Shown here: piece by piece, positions 1 through 6,647 of the stretch
Numbering within the stretch: the stretch's first letter is position 1
How the letters are laid out: every line of letters begins with the position of its first letter
From: a virus
Direction: 5' to 3' (one strand)
Virus record (IMG/VR): IMGVR_UViG_3300036770_003386
Span: 84,139 to 121,851 of that record
DNA length: 37,713 nucleotides
Position numbers and translations under genes: made by a program
Notes under the pieces: model-generated
The model's database searches: none
Seen by the model: only the letters and a program-made list of their open reading frames with translations
What the model was told of the DNA's origin: nothing

Positions 1-52
1 CTAGGTGTGATTGATTCTTAATTCTTTATACTCTCATTCTTCATTCTTTTCT

Positions 53-184
53 TTATACTAATTCTGCAGGTGATCCACATGATCTATAAAACTCTATCAT
101 TCTTTGCGCTTCCTCAAGTGTAGCGAATGATTGAATGTTCCAGGATTGAGAATAAGGTCGAAAGTAGCGAATTGCGAATCGCAT
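53..184 (-). CDS. Small hypothetical phage protein (43 aa, MRFAIRYFRP...FYRSCGSPAELV)
   Basis: Manually translated ORF below track cutoff; CACAC-rich leader like neighbouring genes. Confidence 0.7.
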   Translation of the reverse strand: MRFAIRYFRPYSQSWNIQSFATLEEAQRMIEFYRSCGSPAELV

Positions 185-191
185 GATAATA

Positions 192-316
192 AACTCGATG
201 TGAATGTGTGTATGATCTAGACATGTTGTTACATCATCTCGATCATGTTGTGTGTATCTCGTCGAGAGTATTGTGTGCGCTCTCGACGAGATTATGATGC
301 GCGATCTCGACTAGAT
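192..316. repeat. Cluster of near-palindromic TCTCGWCGAGA/CTCGACTAGA repeats, about 20-25 bp period
   Basis: Copies near 192, 215, 236, 256, 281, 304. Confidence 0.7.
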
Positions 317-433
317 TTTGTTTTGCCTCCCTAATGCTGCCCAGGTGACTGCATTTGCGCTGTGAATCTTGACGCTGTTACGGACCCATACGATCTGGCG
401 GGTCTGTAGGTTGCTGGCGATGTTGAGAGTCAT
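311..433 (-). CDS. Small hypothetical protein (40 aa, MTLNIASNLQ...)
   Basis: Manual ORF; CACACCACAAACACC leader before ATG. Confidence 0.55.
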   Translation of the reverse strand: MTLNIASNLQTRQIVWVRNSVKIHSANAVTWAALGRQNKI

Positions 434-490
434 GGTGTTTGTGGTGTGAATGGGAGACCCTTGCGGATCTCCCAGAATCATAGCATGGAT

Positions 491-751
491 TCAACCGATC
501 AAGGCAGCGATCAGGCGGTCACGCTTGCGGATCGCGGTGGAATGAATGAACCACAGATCACGCTTGCCGTTGTCGGTACGGGTGGCACCCAGGATGCCGC
601 TGCGCTCCATTTCAACCATGAGAGCGTGAATGGTGCCCTTGTGCTTGGTAGGGTTGAGACCCATGCCCCTGACGATCTGAGAGCAGGTTTGCGGTCCCTG
701 CTGAATCAGGGTGGAGCGAACGGCGGTGCGAATGATGGTGCGGAAGTTCAT
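491..751 (-). CDS. Putative winged-helix DNA-binding protein (86 aa)
   Basis: LIQQGPQTCSQIVRGMGL...KGTIHALMVEMERSGIL...LWFI resembles a wHTH pattern; start moved to ATG 751 downstream of promoter. Confidence 0.6.
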   Translation of the reverse strand: MNFRTIIRTAVRSTLIQQGPQTCSQIVRGMGLNPTKHKGTIHALMVEMERSGILGATRTDNGKRDLWFIHSTAIRKRDRLIAALIG

Positions 752-776
752 CGGAGTGGTGTGGTGAACTGAAGGT

Positions 777-805
777 AGTATGAACGCAAACGGCACCAGA
801 GTCAA
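777..805 (-). promoter_or_regulatory. sigma70-type early promoter
   Basis: TTGACT-17bp-CATACT on minus strand. Confidence 0.65.
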
Positions 806-842
806 GAGGGTGAACCATAAGGATTACTGATCGGTCAAAGGG

Positions 843-873
843 TTGACATAGGGTGCGGGTGCCGTGCTAAGAT
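843..873 (+). promoter_or_regulatory. Plus-strand sigma70-type promoter with no downstream ORF
   Basis: TTGACA(843)-19bp-TAAGAT(868) with extended TGn. Confidence 0.45.
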
Positions 874-907
874 GAAGGTAGAACCTTTTTTTGGTGGAGT
901 TAGGTAT

Positions 908-932
908 AAAAAAAGGGAGCGAAGTTGCTCCC
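908..932 (-). terminator. Rho-independent terminator
   Basis: GGGAGC-N6-GCTCCC followed by T7 on minus strand, just after stop of 939..1190. Confidence 0.85.
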
Positions 933-938
933 AATTCT

Positions 939-1190
939 TTATAGCATCTCAATCAATCGCATCATGGTAGTGATCTGAACTGGTGTCTGCCAGCAAATAA
1001 CATCATCCAACATGTTGCCATTTGGGCGCATCACAGCGACCTCAAATGTATCATGCTCAATGTCACCATAAAGACCCGAATCTTTGGGACCTGATACAAC
1101 CGAAATGGTCCAACCATTCTCAAAGGTATGCTGTGCAATTGTTGCACCTTTGATCGCATGATCCCGAAAGGTCAGAGAAGAGAAGTTCAT
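939..1190 (-). CDS. Hypothetical phage protein (FENGWTISVV...GLYG...FEVAV type)
   Basis: ORF with own promoter module and terminator. Confidence 0.85.
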   Translation of the reverse strand: MNFSSLTFRDHAIKGATIAQHTFENGWTISVVSGPKDSGLYGDIEHDTFEVAVMRPNGNMLDDVICWQTPVQITTMMRLIEML

Positions 1191-1215
1191 CGGTGGTGTG
1201 GTGTGAACTGAGAGA

Positions 1216-1273
1216 ATCCTATAGCATCATGGGCACCATGCGACCAGGTTGTGCCAGTTGTCAGACTGTCCGC
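1216..1273 (-). promoter_or_regulatory. Palindrome-promoter module 1
   Basis: TGTGCCAGTTGTCAGACTGTCC at 1250-1271; -10 TAGGAT. Confidence 0.85.
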
Positions 1274-1303
1274 CATGGCGGTCTGATGGGTCTGTGGCGC
1301 CTG

Positions 1304-1383
1304 TAGACTATGGGGACAATCGGCACCAACGGCAGCAGGGTCGCTGCCTGATCAAAGGTCGCCACCGCCCCTGCCATAAAATA
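1304..1383 (+). ncRNA. Putative small non-coding element, copy A (strand uncertain)
   Basis: -10 TAGACT, GGGACAATC, 37 nt, TCGCCACCGCCCCTGCCATAAAATA; same architecture at 3215-3294. Confidence 0.45.
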
Positions 1384-1399
1384 ATGCCGCCCAAAGTAT

Positions 1400-1425
1400 A
1401 AAAAAAGGAGGCAGATTGTGCCTCC
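1400..1425 (-). terminator. Rho-independent terminator
   Basis: GGAGGCA-N5-TGCCTCC plus T7 on minus strand. Confidence 0.85.
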
Positions 1426-1442
1426 TTAATTATACTTTAAGA

Positions 1443-1715
1443 TCAGACTTCGATCTGTTCGATGTCACCATGCTTCAGGGCACGATTAAACTCACGCCCC
1501 CAACTTGTTGCCGCTTTTGCTTCATCATCAGAGAGAAGATTGAACCAGCGTTCACACTCTCCTTCATCTTCCCAAGCGTAGCGATAAACTTTATCGCTGC
1601 TGTTAAATGTAACCAACAGATCGTAGCAGTTATCATCAACTGCGACAATCTCAAGGTGAGCAATGGCGCTGCTGGTGACGGCGGCGCTGATCGAAAGGTC
1701 GGTGGCAGTGGTCAT
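1443..1715 (-). CDS. KTSC-like domain protein
   Basis: SSAI...LLVTFNSSDKVYRY...SWGREFNR matches KTSC pattern. Confidence 0.65.
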   Translation of the reverse strand: MTTATDLSISAAVTSSAIAHLEIVAVDDNCYDLLVTFNSSDKVYRYAWEDEGECERWFNLLSDDEAKAATSWGREFNRALKHGDIEQIEV

Positions 1716-1740
1716 CGGTGTCTGTGTGGTTGATTCGTTA

Positions 1741-1809
1741 AGTCTACAGCATGGGCGGCGGATCTGGTGAGATCAGCGCCGCCCAGTGGACAGTTCTCAG
1801 ACTGTCACA
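1741..1809 (-). promoter_or_regulatory. Palindrome-promoter module 2 (39-bp spacer with GC hairpin)
   Basis: GTGGACAGTTCTCAGACTGTCACA 1786-1809; -10 TAGACT; upstream stop at 1797 inside palindrome. Confidence 0.8.
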
Positions 1810-2534
1810 GACAGTTTCTTACTGTAACCACTAAATTGATGCTTAGAACGACGAGCACGAATTGCCTTGCCATAGATAGAACCTTTAGGTTGAGTTCCAT
1901 GCACTAACAGCGCGAAAGGTTTATCACCAAAACAATGCGAATCGTCGTGATCAACTTCTAATCCTGCTGCGTTTGCTTCCTCTTCAGTCATGAAGACTTT
2001 CGCATAACGATTAAACAATCCTGCATCAATTAGATGATCCCACTTGCCACCATATGATGCGGTGAAGTAGAAGTTAGCAGGAAGATTAAAGTTCAGGAAC
2101 AGTTGCAAACTCTTAGAGTAGCAGTAGAATTTAAGATCAGGATTGCGGATTGCAACTTCAATCCAAGCATCCAAATATGCACCAGAAAAGAAATCGCCAG
2201 ACTCATGAATTCTCACAAGTTTGGTATTCTTTGTGCGGTGCTCTTGGATGCCTTGGTTGATAAGATCCACAGCAGATCCATCCTGCAGAGCATCAACAAT
2301 CAGGCGCAAATTGTTGGCGCGATTCTCAAACGCTGCATCATATTGCACCTCAGAAGATGCAGCGAAGCAACGGAAGATAGTGTGCTCGCCGTCTTGAATG
2401 GTACGCTTGCCATTGTCATCAACAACAGCAAAAGACTTGCAAAACAATGCACCTGGGCAGGTTTTACCTGCTGGCAGGTTAAAGATTAGGGTTTGCTTGC
2501 CGAGTTTGGCGTTGCCTTTGGTGAAGTTCAGCAT
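1797..2534 (-). CDS. Gene product 88 (GP88)-like protein
   Basis: GNAKL...FNLPAGKTCPGA..C, CFA, RIHESGDFFS..YL..W, FYCYSK motifs. Confidence 0.8.
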   Translation of the reverse strand: MLNFTKGNAKLGKQTLIFNLPAGKTCPGALFCKSFAVVDDNGKRTIQDGEHTIFRCFAASSEVQYDAAFENRANNLRLIVDALQDGSAVDLINQGIQEHRTKNTKLVRIHESGDFFSGAYLDAWIEVAIRNPDLKFYCYSKSLQLFLNFNLPANFYFTASYGGKWDHLIDAGLFNRYAKVFMTEEEANAAGLEVDHDDSHCFGDKPFALLVHGTQPKGSIYGKAIRARRSKHQFSGYSKKLSVTV

Positions 2535-2558
2535 GGTGGTGTGGTGTGAACTGCGATC

Positions 2559-2618
2559 ATCCTACAGGGCAGGTTGGGGGCATCGCTGCCCCCGCTGTGC
2601 CACTTCCCCAACTGTCAC
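2559..2618 (-). promoter_or_regulatory. Palindrome-promoter module 3
   Basis: TGTGCCACTTCCCCAACTGTCAC 2596-2618; -10 TAGGAT; stop at 2615 inside. Confidence 0.8.
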
Positions 2619-3079
2619 CAGAGACCTTCTTTAGTCAAACGCACCACAAAAGCGTTAGCGATTGCACCACAATGGGGGCAAATTGTGGCGTATTTGATCT
2701 CACTCTTCAGAGAATACTTCGTAGAATCGTTATAGTAACGACCAAACTTGAAGCGATAGATTGCACTGAGAGTTTTGAGCAGTTGGCGTTGCTCAATGCT
2801 GCCAACTTTATGATACATTCCGATGAAATGGCGGAAGTCTGGGAAATAAGACTTAGCGCAACTTTCAAGTTTGTTGATAACTTGCTCCGCCAATTCTTGA
2901 CCCAAATGTGGTGTCAATTCTTGAATGGCAAACTTATTGAATGGCAGCAGTTCTTCATCCAAAGTAGAAGAAACTGGTTTTGCCATTGTTTCAGAAACCA
3001 TGCCTAAGATCTTGGCGATCTCATCAATTTGTCCCTGAACTTGGTTGCCATTGATAACAACTTGGATGGTGTTGTTCAT
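2615..3079 (-). CDS. Hypothetical protein (154 aa, CPHC near C-terminus)
   Basis: Start reassigned to ATG 3079 (MNNTIQ) downstream of module 4. Confidence 0.75.
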   Translation of the reverse strand: MNNTIQVVINGNQVQGQIDEIAKILGMVSETMAKPVSSTLDEELLPFNKFAIQELTPHLGQELAEQVINKLESCAKSYFPDFRHFIGMYHKVGSIEQRQLLKTLSAIYRFKFGRYYNDSTKYSLKSEIKYATICPHCGAIANAFVVRLTKEGLW

Positions 3080-3124
3080 CTTGGTGGGGTGGTGAGTCGG
3101 CGTCAGTGGTGCGCCGTTGACGGA

Positions 3125-3185
3125 ATGATGCCCCGCCAGAACCGAGCACCACAACCACCTTTGTGCCACCTTCTGAACTGGCACA
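3125..3185 (-). promoter_or_regulatory. Palindrome-promoter module 4 (apparently bidirectional)
   Basis: TGTGCCACCTTCTGAACTGGCACA 3162-3185; weak -10 CATCAT; plus-strand TATCTT about 30 bp on other side. Confidence 0.75.
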
Positions 3186-3214
3186 GACCTAGCGTTTTTT
3201 GTCCCGTCTGGCAG

Positions 3215-3294
3215 TATCTTATAGGGACAATCAGATGAGGGGAGGGGTATCCCTGTAGACGACAATACATCGCCACCGCTCCTGCCTTGAAATA
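3215..3294 (+). ncRNA. Putative small non-coding element, copy B (strand uncertain)
   Basis: -10 TATCTT, GGGACAATC, 37 nt, TCGCCACCGCTCCTGCCTTGAAATA. Confidence 0.45.
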
Positions 3295-3297
3295 CTC

Positions 3298-3327
3298 ATT
3301 CTCAATAAGACCTTGCTTATTGAGAAT
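3298..3327. repeat. Perfect inverted repeat ATTCTCAATAAG-N6-CTTATTGAGAAT
   Basis: Seen directly; related copy at 8283-8310. Confidence 0.75.
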
Positions 3328-3330
3328 AAG

Positions 3331-3359
3331 AAAAAGGGGATGGACACCACTCCATCCCC
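3331..3359 (-). terminator. Rho-independent terminator
   Basis: GGGGATGGA-N6-TCCATCCCC plus T5 on minus strand. Confidence 0.8.
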
Positions 3360-3457
3360 CCAGTTTCACCTTGACCCCTATGTGCTATGATTATCGGTGC
3401 TCTTACGCGCAGGGTGACTTTTCAACAAGCGGGAGGCAAACCCCTTCCTCCCTTGTC

Positions 3458-3646
3458 TTAGAATTGTATCATCCAGTCTGGGTCATTGTCAAGCGAGACC
3501 CAGAAGAAGTAGCGTTTGTTCATGGATGCAAGGAACATCTTGTTTCCTTTGCTTTGCTCAATGATACAGTGAGCATTGTTCCCCATCATGTTAGCAAAGC
3601 GGTTCTTTGCTTTCTTGGAGATGGGTGTGACTGTTGCGGTTTGCAT
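3458..3646 (-). CDS. Hypothetical phage protein (VTPISKKAKNRFANMM)
   Basis: ORF downstream of module 5. Confidence 0.8.
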   Translation of the reverse strand: MQTATVTPISKKAKNRFANMMGNNAHCIIEQSKGNKMFLASMNKRYFFWVSLDNDPDWMIQF

Positions 3647-3667
3647 GATCTCAATCTCGATGTGTGC

Positions 3668-3738
3668 AATCTAGTTGGTGATGCAGGTCTCGTCGAGATC
3701 ATGTGTGCCACTAGATGCAGTGGCACATCTCGTCGAGT
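3668..3738 (-). promoter_or_regulatory. Palindrome-promoter module 5 flanked by TCTCGTCGAG repeats
   Basis: Perfect TGTGCCACT-N6-AGTGGCACA 3704-3727; -10 TAGATT. Confidence 0.8.
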
Positions 3739-3740
3739 TT

Positions 3741-3887
3741 CTAGAACTGGATCTCGTCTAGGGTTGGAGCAGAATCTTGACTAGATTCACTGCTGTCCAT
3801 CCCAGCACACAGTGCATCGAGAATCTCCAGAATCCGTTGCCCATTTTGTCCTTGGCGAAGTTGAGAAATCAGAAGTTGCTTAGTCAT
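3741..3887 (-). CDS. Small hypothetical protein (48 aa, MTKQLLISQLRQG)
   Basis: Manual ORF packed 2 nt after previous stop. Confidence 0.7.
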   Translation of the reverse strand: MTKQLLISQLRQGQNGQRILEILDALCAGMDSSESSQDSAPTLDEIQF

Positions 3888-3889
3888 AA

Positions 3890-4069
3890 TCAAACACAAA
3901 GATAAGGGAAATTAGAATCAACAAGTCCAGGAACTGCAGAACTCGTTACTTTAAGTTCAGTTCCATCATCGTACCAACCGTCATTAGAAGAATCATAGAC
4001 GAGAACCTCTCTGTCGAGTTGATCCTTGTCGAGAGTCTGAATCATCTGGAGGAGTTGTTGGTAGGTCAT
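3890..4069 (-). CDS. Hypothetical protein (59 aa), paralog of 4069..4266
   Basis: MTYQQLLQMIQTLDKDQLDREV; TGATG coupling. Confidence 0.75.
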   Translation of the reverse strand: MTYQQLLQMIQTLDKDQLDREVLVYDSSNDGWYDDGTELKVTSSAVPGLVDSNFPYLCV

Positions 4070-4266
4070 CAGAAACGAATGATAGGGTGATCAACATCGA
4101 GGACATCACATTCCTCAGTTGCAAATACAAACTCTACACCATCCTGATAATACTCTGCGTCAGTATCATCACCACAGTCAAACTTAGAATCGCAGATGCA
4201 AACATCCTGATTCAGTTGTTCTTCTGTGAGTTGCTGTAACTGTTGCAGAAGTTCTTGGTAGGTCAT
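4069..4266 (-). CDS. Acidic hypothetical protein (65 aa, MTYQELLQQLQQLTEEQLNQDV)
   Basis: Start reassigned to ATG 4266 after module 6. Confidence 0.8.
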   Translation of the reverse strand: MTYQELLQQLQQLTEEQLNQDVCICDSKFDCGDDTDAEYYQDGVEFVFATEECDVLDVDHPIIRF

Positions 4267-4288
4267 GAGGTGTCTCAGGAACAAAGGT

Positions 4289-4349
4289 AGTATGGCAGGG
4301 ATCTTGGGGAAGATCAAGACCCCTGTGTGCCAGTTGTCAGACTGGTTTC
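4289..4349 (-). promoter_or_regulatory. Palindrome-promoter module 6
   Basis: TGTGCCAGTTGTCAGACTGG from 4326; TTGATC-17-CATACT; stop at 4337 inside. Confidence 0.85.
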
Positions 4350-4594
4350 TTGATTTGAAGAAACACCATTTGAATCGGTTCACCTTGAATGTGAAAGAAC
4401 ACATAATTGGGGTGAACTTCAATGTCACCATCAACAGTGGAAAAATCAACATAATCATTCCCATCATTGTCGGCAATGTAAGGATTGTCATCCGTATCAT
4501 AACCAACAAAGTAGAGCGTATCATTCACGCAGACAGCATAAGCATCTGCCAGAAGATTGTGAAACTGTTCAAGAGTGATGGTGGTGTTAGTCAT
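4337..4594 (-). CDS. Acidic hypothetical protein
   Basis: ORF track; ATGA coupling with upstream gene. Confidence 0.8.
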   Translation of the reverse strand: MTNTTITLEQFHNLLADAYAVCVNDTLYFVGYDTDDNPYIADNDGNDYVDFSTVDGDIEVHPNYVFFHIQGEPIQMVFLQIKKPV

Positions 4595-4746
4595 TTCAGG
4601 AGTTGGGTGAAGTTGTCAACGACAATTTGGCAGGCAAGATCTTGAACCTCTGAGAGGTAGTCTACCTCACCGAACTGTGATTCTAGCAGGCAGATCAGGT
4701 CATTCTGGATCTGTTCACGAACTGAAATAATGTCAGTTTGGGTCAT
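4591..4746 (-). CDS. Small hypothetical protein (51 aa, MTQTDIISVREQIQNDL)
   Basis: Manual ORF coupled on both sides. Confidence 0.75.
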   Translation of the reverse strand: MTQTDIISVREQIQNDLICLLESQFGEVDYLSEVQDLACQIVVDNFTQLLK

Positions 4747-5075
4747 CACACGTTGGCGGGGTGATTGACAATTTGGTCTTCAATTTGGTTAGCAAGTTCT
4801 TCCATGAACTCACGGTCTTCGCCATCCTCAAACTGTGCGTTGTTTCGCACAATTCGCATCAGGAAGTCAATCTGTTCGTCGGTGAAGTGATACTCTTTGA
4901 GTGTGTCACAGGGGAGAATTGAAGTGGCAAAGTCTAAAGAAATCTTGCTTCTTGCTGACAGTTGATGAAGTTTAACATCATCAACATTCAGAACTACATT
5001 TTCAGTTTTTGGTAGAAGTTCTTGAAAAGATTTCAGTGTGAGATAGATGTAATCCAGTTTCTCTTGTGAAGTCAT
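4746..5075 (-). CDS. Hypothetical protein (109 aa, contains KEYHFTDEQID)
   Basis: Start reassigned to ATG 5075 (ATGA overlap). Confidence 0.75.
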   Translation of the reverse strand: MTSQEKLDYIYLTLKSFQELLPKTENVVLNVDDVKLHQLSARSKISLDFATSILPCDTLKEYHFTDEQIDFLMRIVRNNAQFEDGEDREFMEELANQIEDQIVNHPANV

Positions 5076-5200
5076 TTTCTCAGAGGAGAATTGAAGTAAC
5101 GAGTGAAGCATAGCACCAGAATGATGCCAGTGGAGATGACACCGACCAGTCCGAGAACTGTCACAGTGTCGCCAGCGAAAGTGTAAGTGTCAGGTGTCAT
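5072..5200 (-). CDS. Small single-pass membrane protein (42 aa, MTPDTYTFAGDTVTVLGLVGVISTGIILVLCFTRYFNSPLRK)
   Basis: Manual ORF, hydrophobic helix, ATGA coupling on both sides. Confidence 0.7.
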   Translation of the reverse strand: MTPDTYTFAGDTVTVLGLVGVISTGIILVLCFTRYFNSPLRK

Positions 5201-5322
5201 TTCTTATCAGGAGGATGAACGGATGAAGGATCATAAAGACCACCATAACCGCTGCGGTCTTCAAGATACCAGAGGATAGAAAAGGTGGAGAGAATTACTC
5301 CACCCAGAATCAATGTTACCAT
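5197..5322 (-). CDS. Small membrane protein (41 aa, MVTLILGGVILSTFSILWYLEDR)
   Basis: Manual ORF, TGATG coupling. Confidence 0.6.
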   Translation of the reverse strand: MVTLILGGVILSTFSILWYLEDRSGYGGLYDPSSVHPPDKK

Positions 5323-5489
5323 CAATCCTCCTCATCAAAGAGAGCATGAATCTTGTTCCTGATAGCATAAACATCTTCAGGATTGAACAGATCATCATCG
5401 AGTGCATTACCGATGAAGTTGTAGATCAGATCCCACTGATCTTCGGTGAAGAGTTGGCGGTAGACTTGCTTGGAGAGTGTGTCTGCCAT
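5322..5489 (-). CDS. Small acidic hypothetical protein (55 aa, MADTLSKQVYRQLF)
   Basis: Manual ORF downstream of module 7. Confidence 0.75.
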   Translation of the reverse strand: MADTLSKQVYRQLFTEDQWDLIYNFIGNALDDDLFNPEDVYAIRNKIHALFDEED

Positions 5490-5515
5490 GGGGTTGGTGT
5501 CTCAGGAACAAAGGT

Positions 5516-5574
5516 AATGTAGAACGGATTGGGGGGAAAGTCAACCCCCCAGTGCCAGTGCTCAGAGTGTCACA
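5516..5574 (-). promoter_or_regulatory. Palindrome-promoter module 7
   Basis: AGTGCCAGTGCTCAGAGTGTCACA 5551-5574; TTGACT-17-TACATT; stop at 5562 inside. Confidence 0.85.
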
Positions 5575-5696
5575 TCACTCTGAAGGAACTGTTCCCAAGA
5601 CTGCTCCTCTTCTTCTCCATCCCACAGTTCGGGAATGTCGAAGATCTCACCAGGAGCATCTTGAATCTCAGACCAAAAATCGGTGTCGAAGTCCAT
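5562..5696 (-). CDS. Very acidic microprotein (44 aa, MDFDTDFWSEIQDAPGEIFDIPELWDGEEEEQSWEQFLQSDVTL)
   Basis: Manual ORF between modules 8 and 7; no K/R/H. Confidence 0.75.
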   Translation of the reverse strand: MDFDTDFWSEIQDAPGEIFDIPELWDGEEEEQSWEQFLQSDVTL

Positions 5697-5721
5697 AAGA
5701 GGTGTGGTTGACGACAAGGGA

Positions 5722-5781
5722 ACAATAAACGAAAAAGGGGGCGTTGCCGCCCCCCAGTGTGCCAGTTATCAGACTTCCACA
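5722..5781 (-). promoter_or_regulatory. Palindrome-promoter module 8
   Basis: TGTGCCAGTTATCAGACTTCCACA 5758-5781; GGGGGCG hairpin; -10 TATTGT; stop at 5769 inside. Confidence 0.8.
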
Positions 5782-5990
5782 AGTGCTTCGCTCTTGCGGG
5801 CGCGGTGAATGTAGGAACCCACCGAACCCTCAGGATCAGCAATCACTTGCTCCAGACTTGCAATGAAACCTGAAGGATCAGCAGCACGGAAGGTGTACTG
5901 CTTTTCACCACTGGTAAACTGGATGTTCACCTGATCACCGTCCACGCTCAGGTCAGAGATGGCGGTGCTGTTGATTTTGAAGTTACGCAT
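5769..5990 (-). CDS. KTSC-like domain protein (73 aa)
   Basis: STAISDLSV...IQFTSGEKQYTF...SVGSYIHR; start at ATG 5990 since the longer track ORF runs through the tRNA. Confidence 0.7.
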   Translation of the reverse strand: MRNFKINSTAISDLSVDGDQVNIQFTSGEKQYTFRAADPSGFIASLEQVIADPEGSVGSYIHRARKSEALVEV

Positions 5991-6036
5991 GATGTTGTTT
6001 TGGATTTTGTAGGATAATAGGCACACTGTGTGCCAG

Positions 6037-6120
6037 TAGGGCGAGGGAGACTTGAACTCCCACGGGCATAAGCCCAACAGATTTTAAGTCTGGTGTGTCT
6101 ACCGATTCCACCACCGCCCC
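6037..6120 (-). tRNA. trnL: tRNA-Leu (anticodon TAA), CCA not encoded
   Basis: GGGGCGG acceptor, CCAGA-CTTAAAA-TCTGT anticodon arm, long variable arm, GTTCAAGTC T-loop. Confidence 0.95.
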
Positions 6121-6128
6121 GTGGTATG

Positions 6129-6162
6129 TGACAATCATAGCAAGACCTGCTATGATTGTCAA
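6129..6162 (-). promoter_or_regulatory. Fully palindromic sigma70 promoter between the tRNAs
   Basis: TTGACA-17-TATGAT inside inverted repeat TGACAATCATAGCA-N5-TGCTATGATTGTCA. Confidence 0.8.
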
Positions 6163-6163
6163 G

Positions 6164-6237
6164 TGCAGGTTGTCAGGATCGAACTGACCTCTGCCGATTT
6201 ATGAGATCGGTCCCTTCAACCAGATGGGTAAACCTGC
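6164..6237 (-). tRNA. tRNA with CAT anticodon (elongator Met or Ile2), CCA not encoded
   Basis: GCAGGTT/AACCTGC acceptor, CCGAT-CTCATAA-ATCGG anticodon arm, GTTCGATCC; lacks initiator features. Confidence 0.9.
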
Positions 6238-6647
6238 TCGCTTAAGAACTCTTCCCAACTGCCCCCATAGTGTAGCATATGATGGCAGTTATGGCAAAGG
6301 AGATCGCATTTATCAACTTCCTCCTTGATAAGTTCCCATCGTCGATTTGCGAAACTTCTCCCATCAAGTTTTAGTTCTTTTTGAGATGGATCTCGATGAT
6401 GAAAACATAAAGTTGCTGGTCTATCTTCACCGCATGTTTGACACTTACCACCTTTGTATTGAAGTGCTTTCCATTTGTTGGAATATGCTCTTCCTTTTTG
6501 TTCGGTATAAGTGTTCCTGTCCTTGATTACGGGATCGTTTTTATACCTCCATTTGGCACGACAACTTTCATTACAATAAAGTTTTGCTCTGCCACCCTTT
6601 CTTTCGTGTTGGGGAACCTCTAATCCACAAGATTTGCAGACAATCAT
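6216..6647 (-). CDS. HNH homing endonuclease with N-terminal Zn finger
   Basis: CxxC..YCNESC; KGGKCQTCG, FHHRDP, EVDKCDLLCHNCH. Confidence 0.9.
   Translation of the reverse strand: MIVCKSCGLEVPQHERKGGRAKLYCNESCRAKWRYKNDPVIKDRNTYTEQKGRAYSNKWKALQYKGGKCQTCGEDRPATLCFHHRDPSQKELKLDGRSFANRRWELIKEEVDKCDLLCHNCHHMLHYGGSWEEFLSEQVYPSG

Noticed and set aside
3361-3457. Possible tRNA or structured RNA before the terminator
   Set aside because: Contains a GGGAGG/CCTCCC hairpin but no cloverleaf or T-loop; unsupported
6164-6237. Initiator tRNA-fMet
   Set aside because: Has a paired G1-C72 and lacks three consecutive G-C pairs in the anticodon stem
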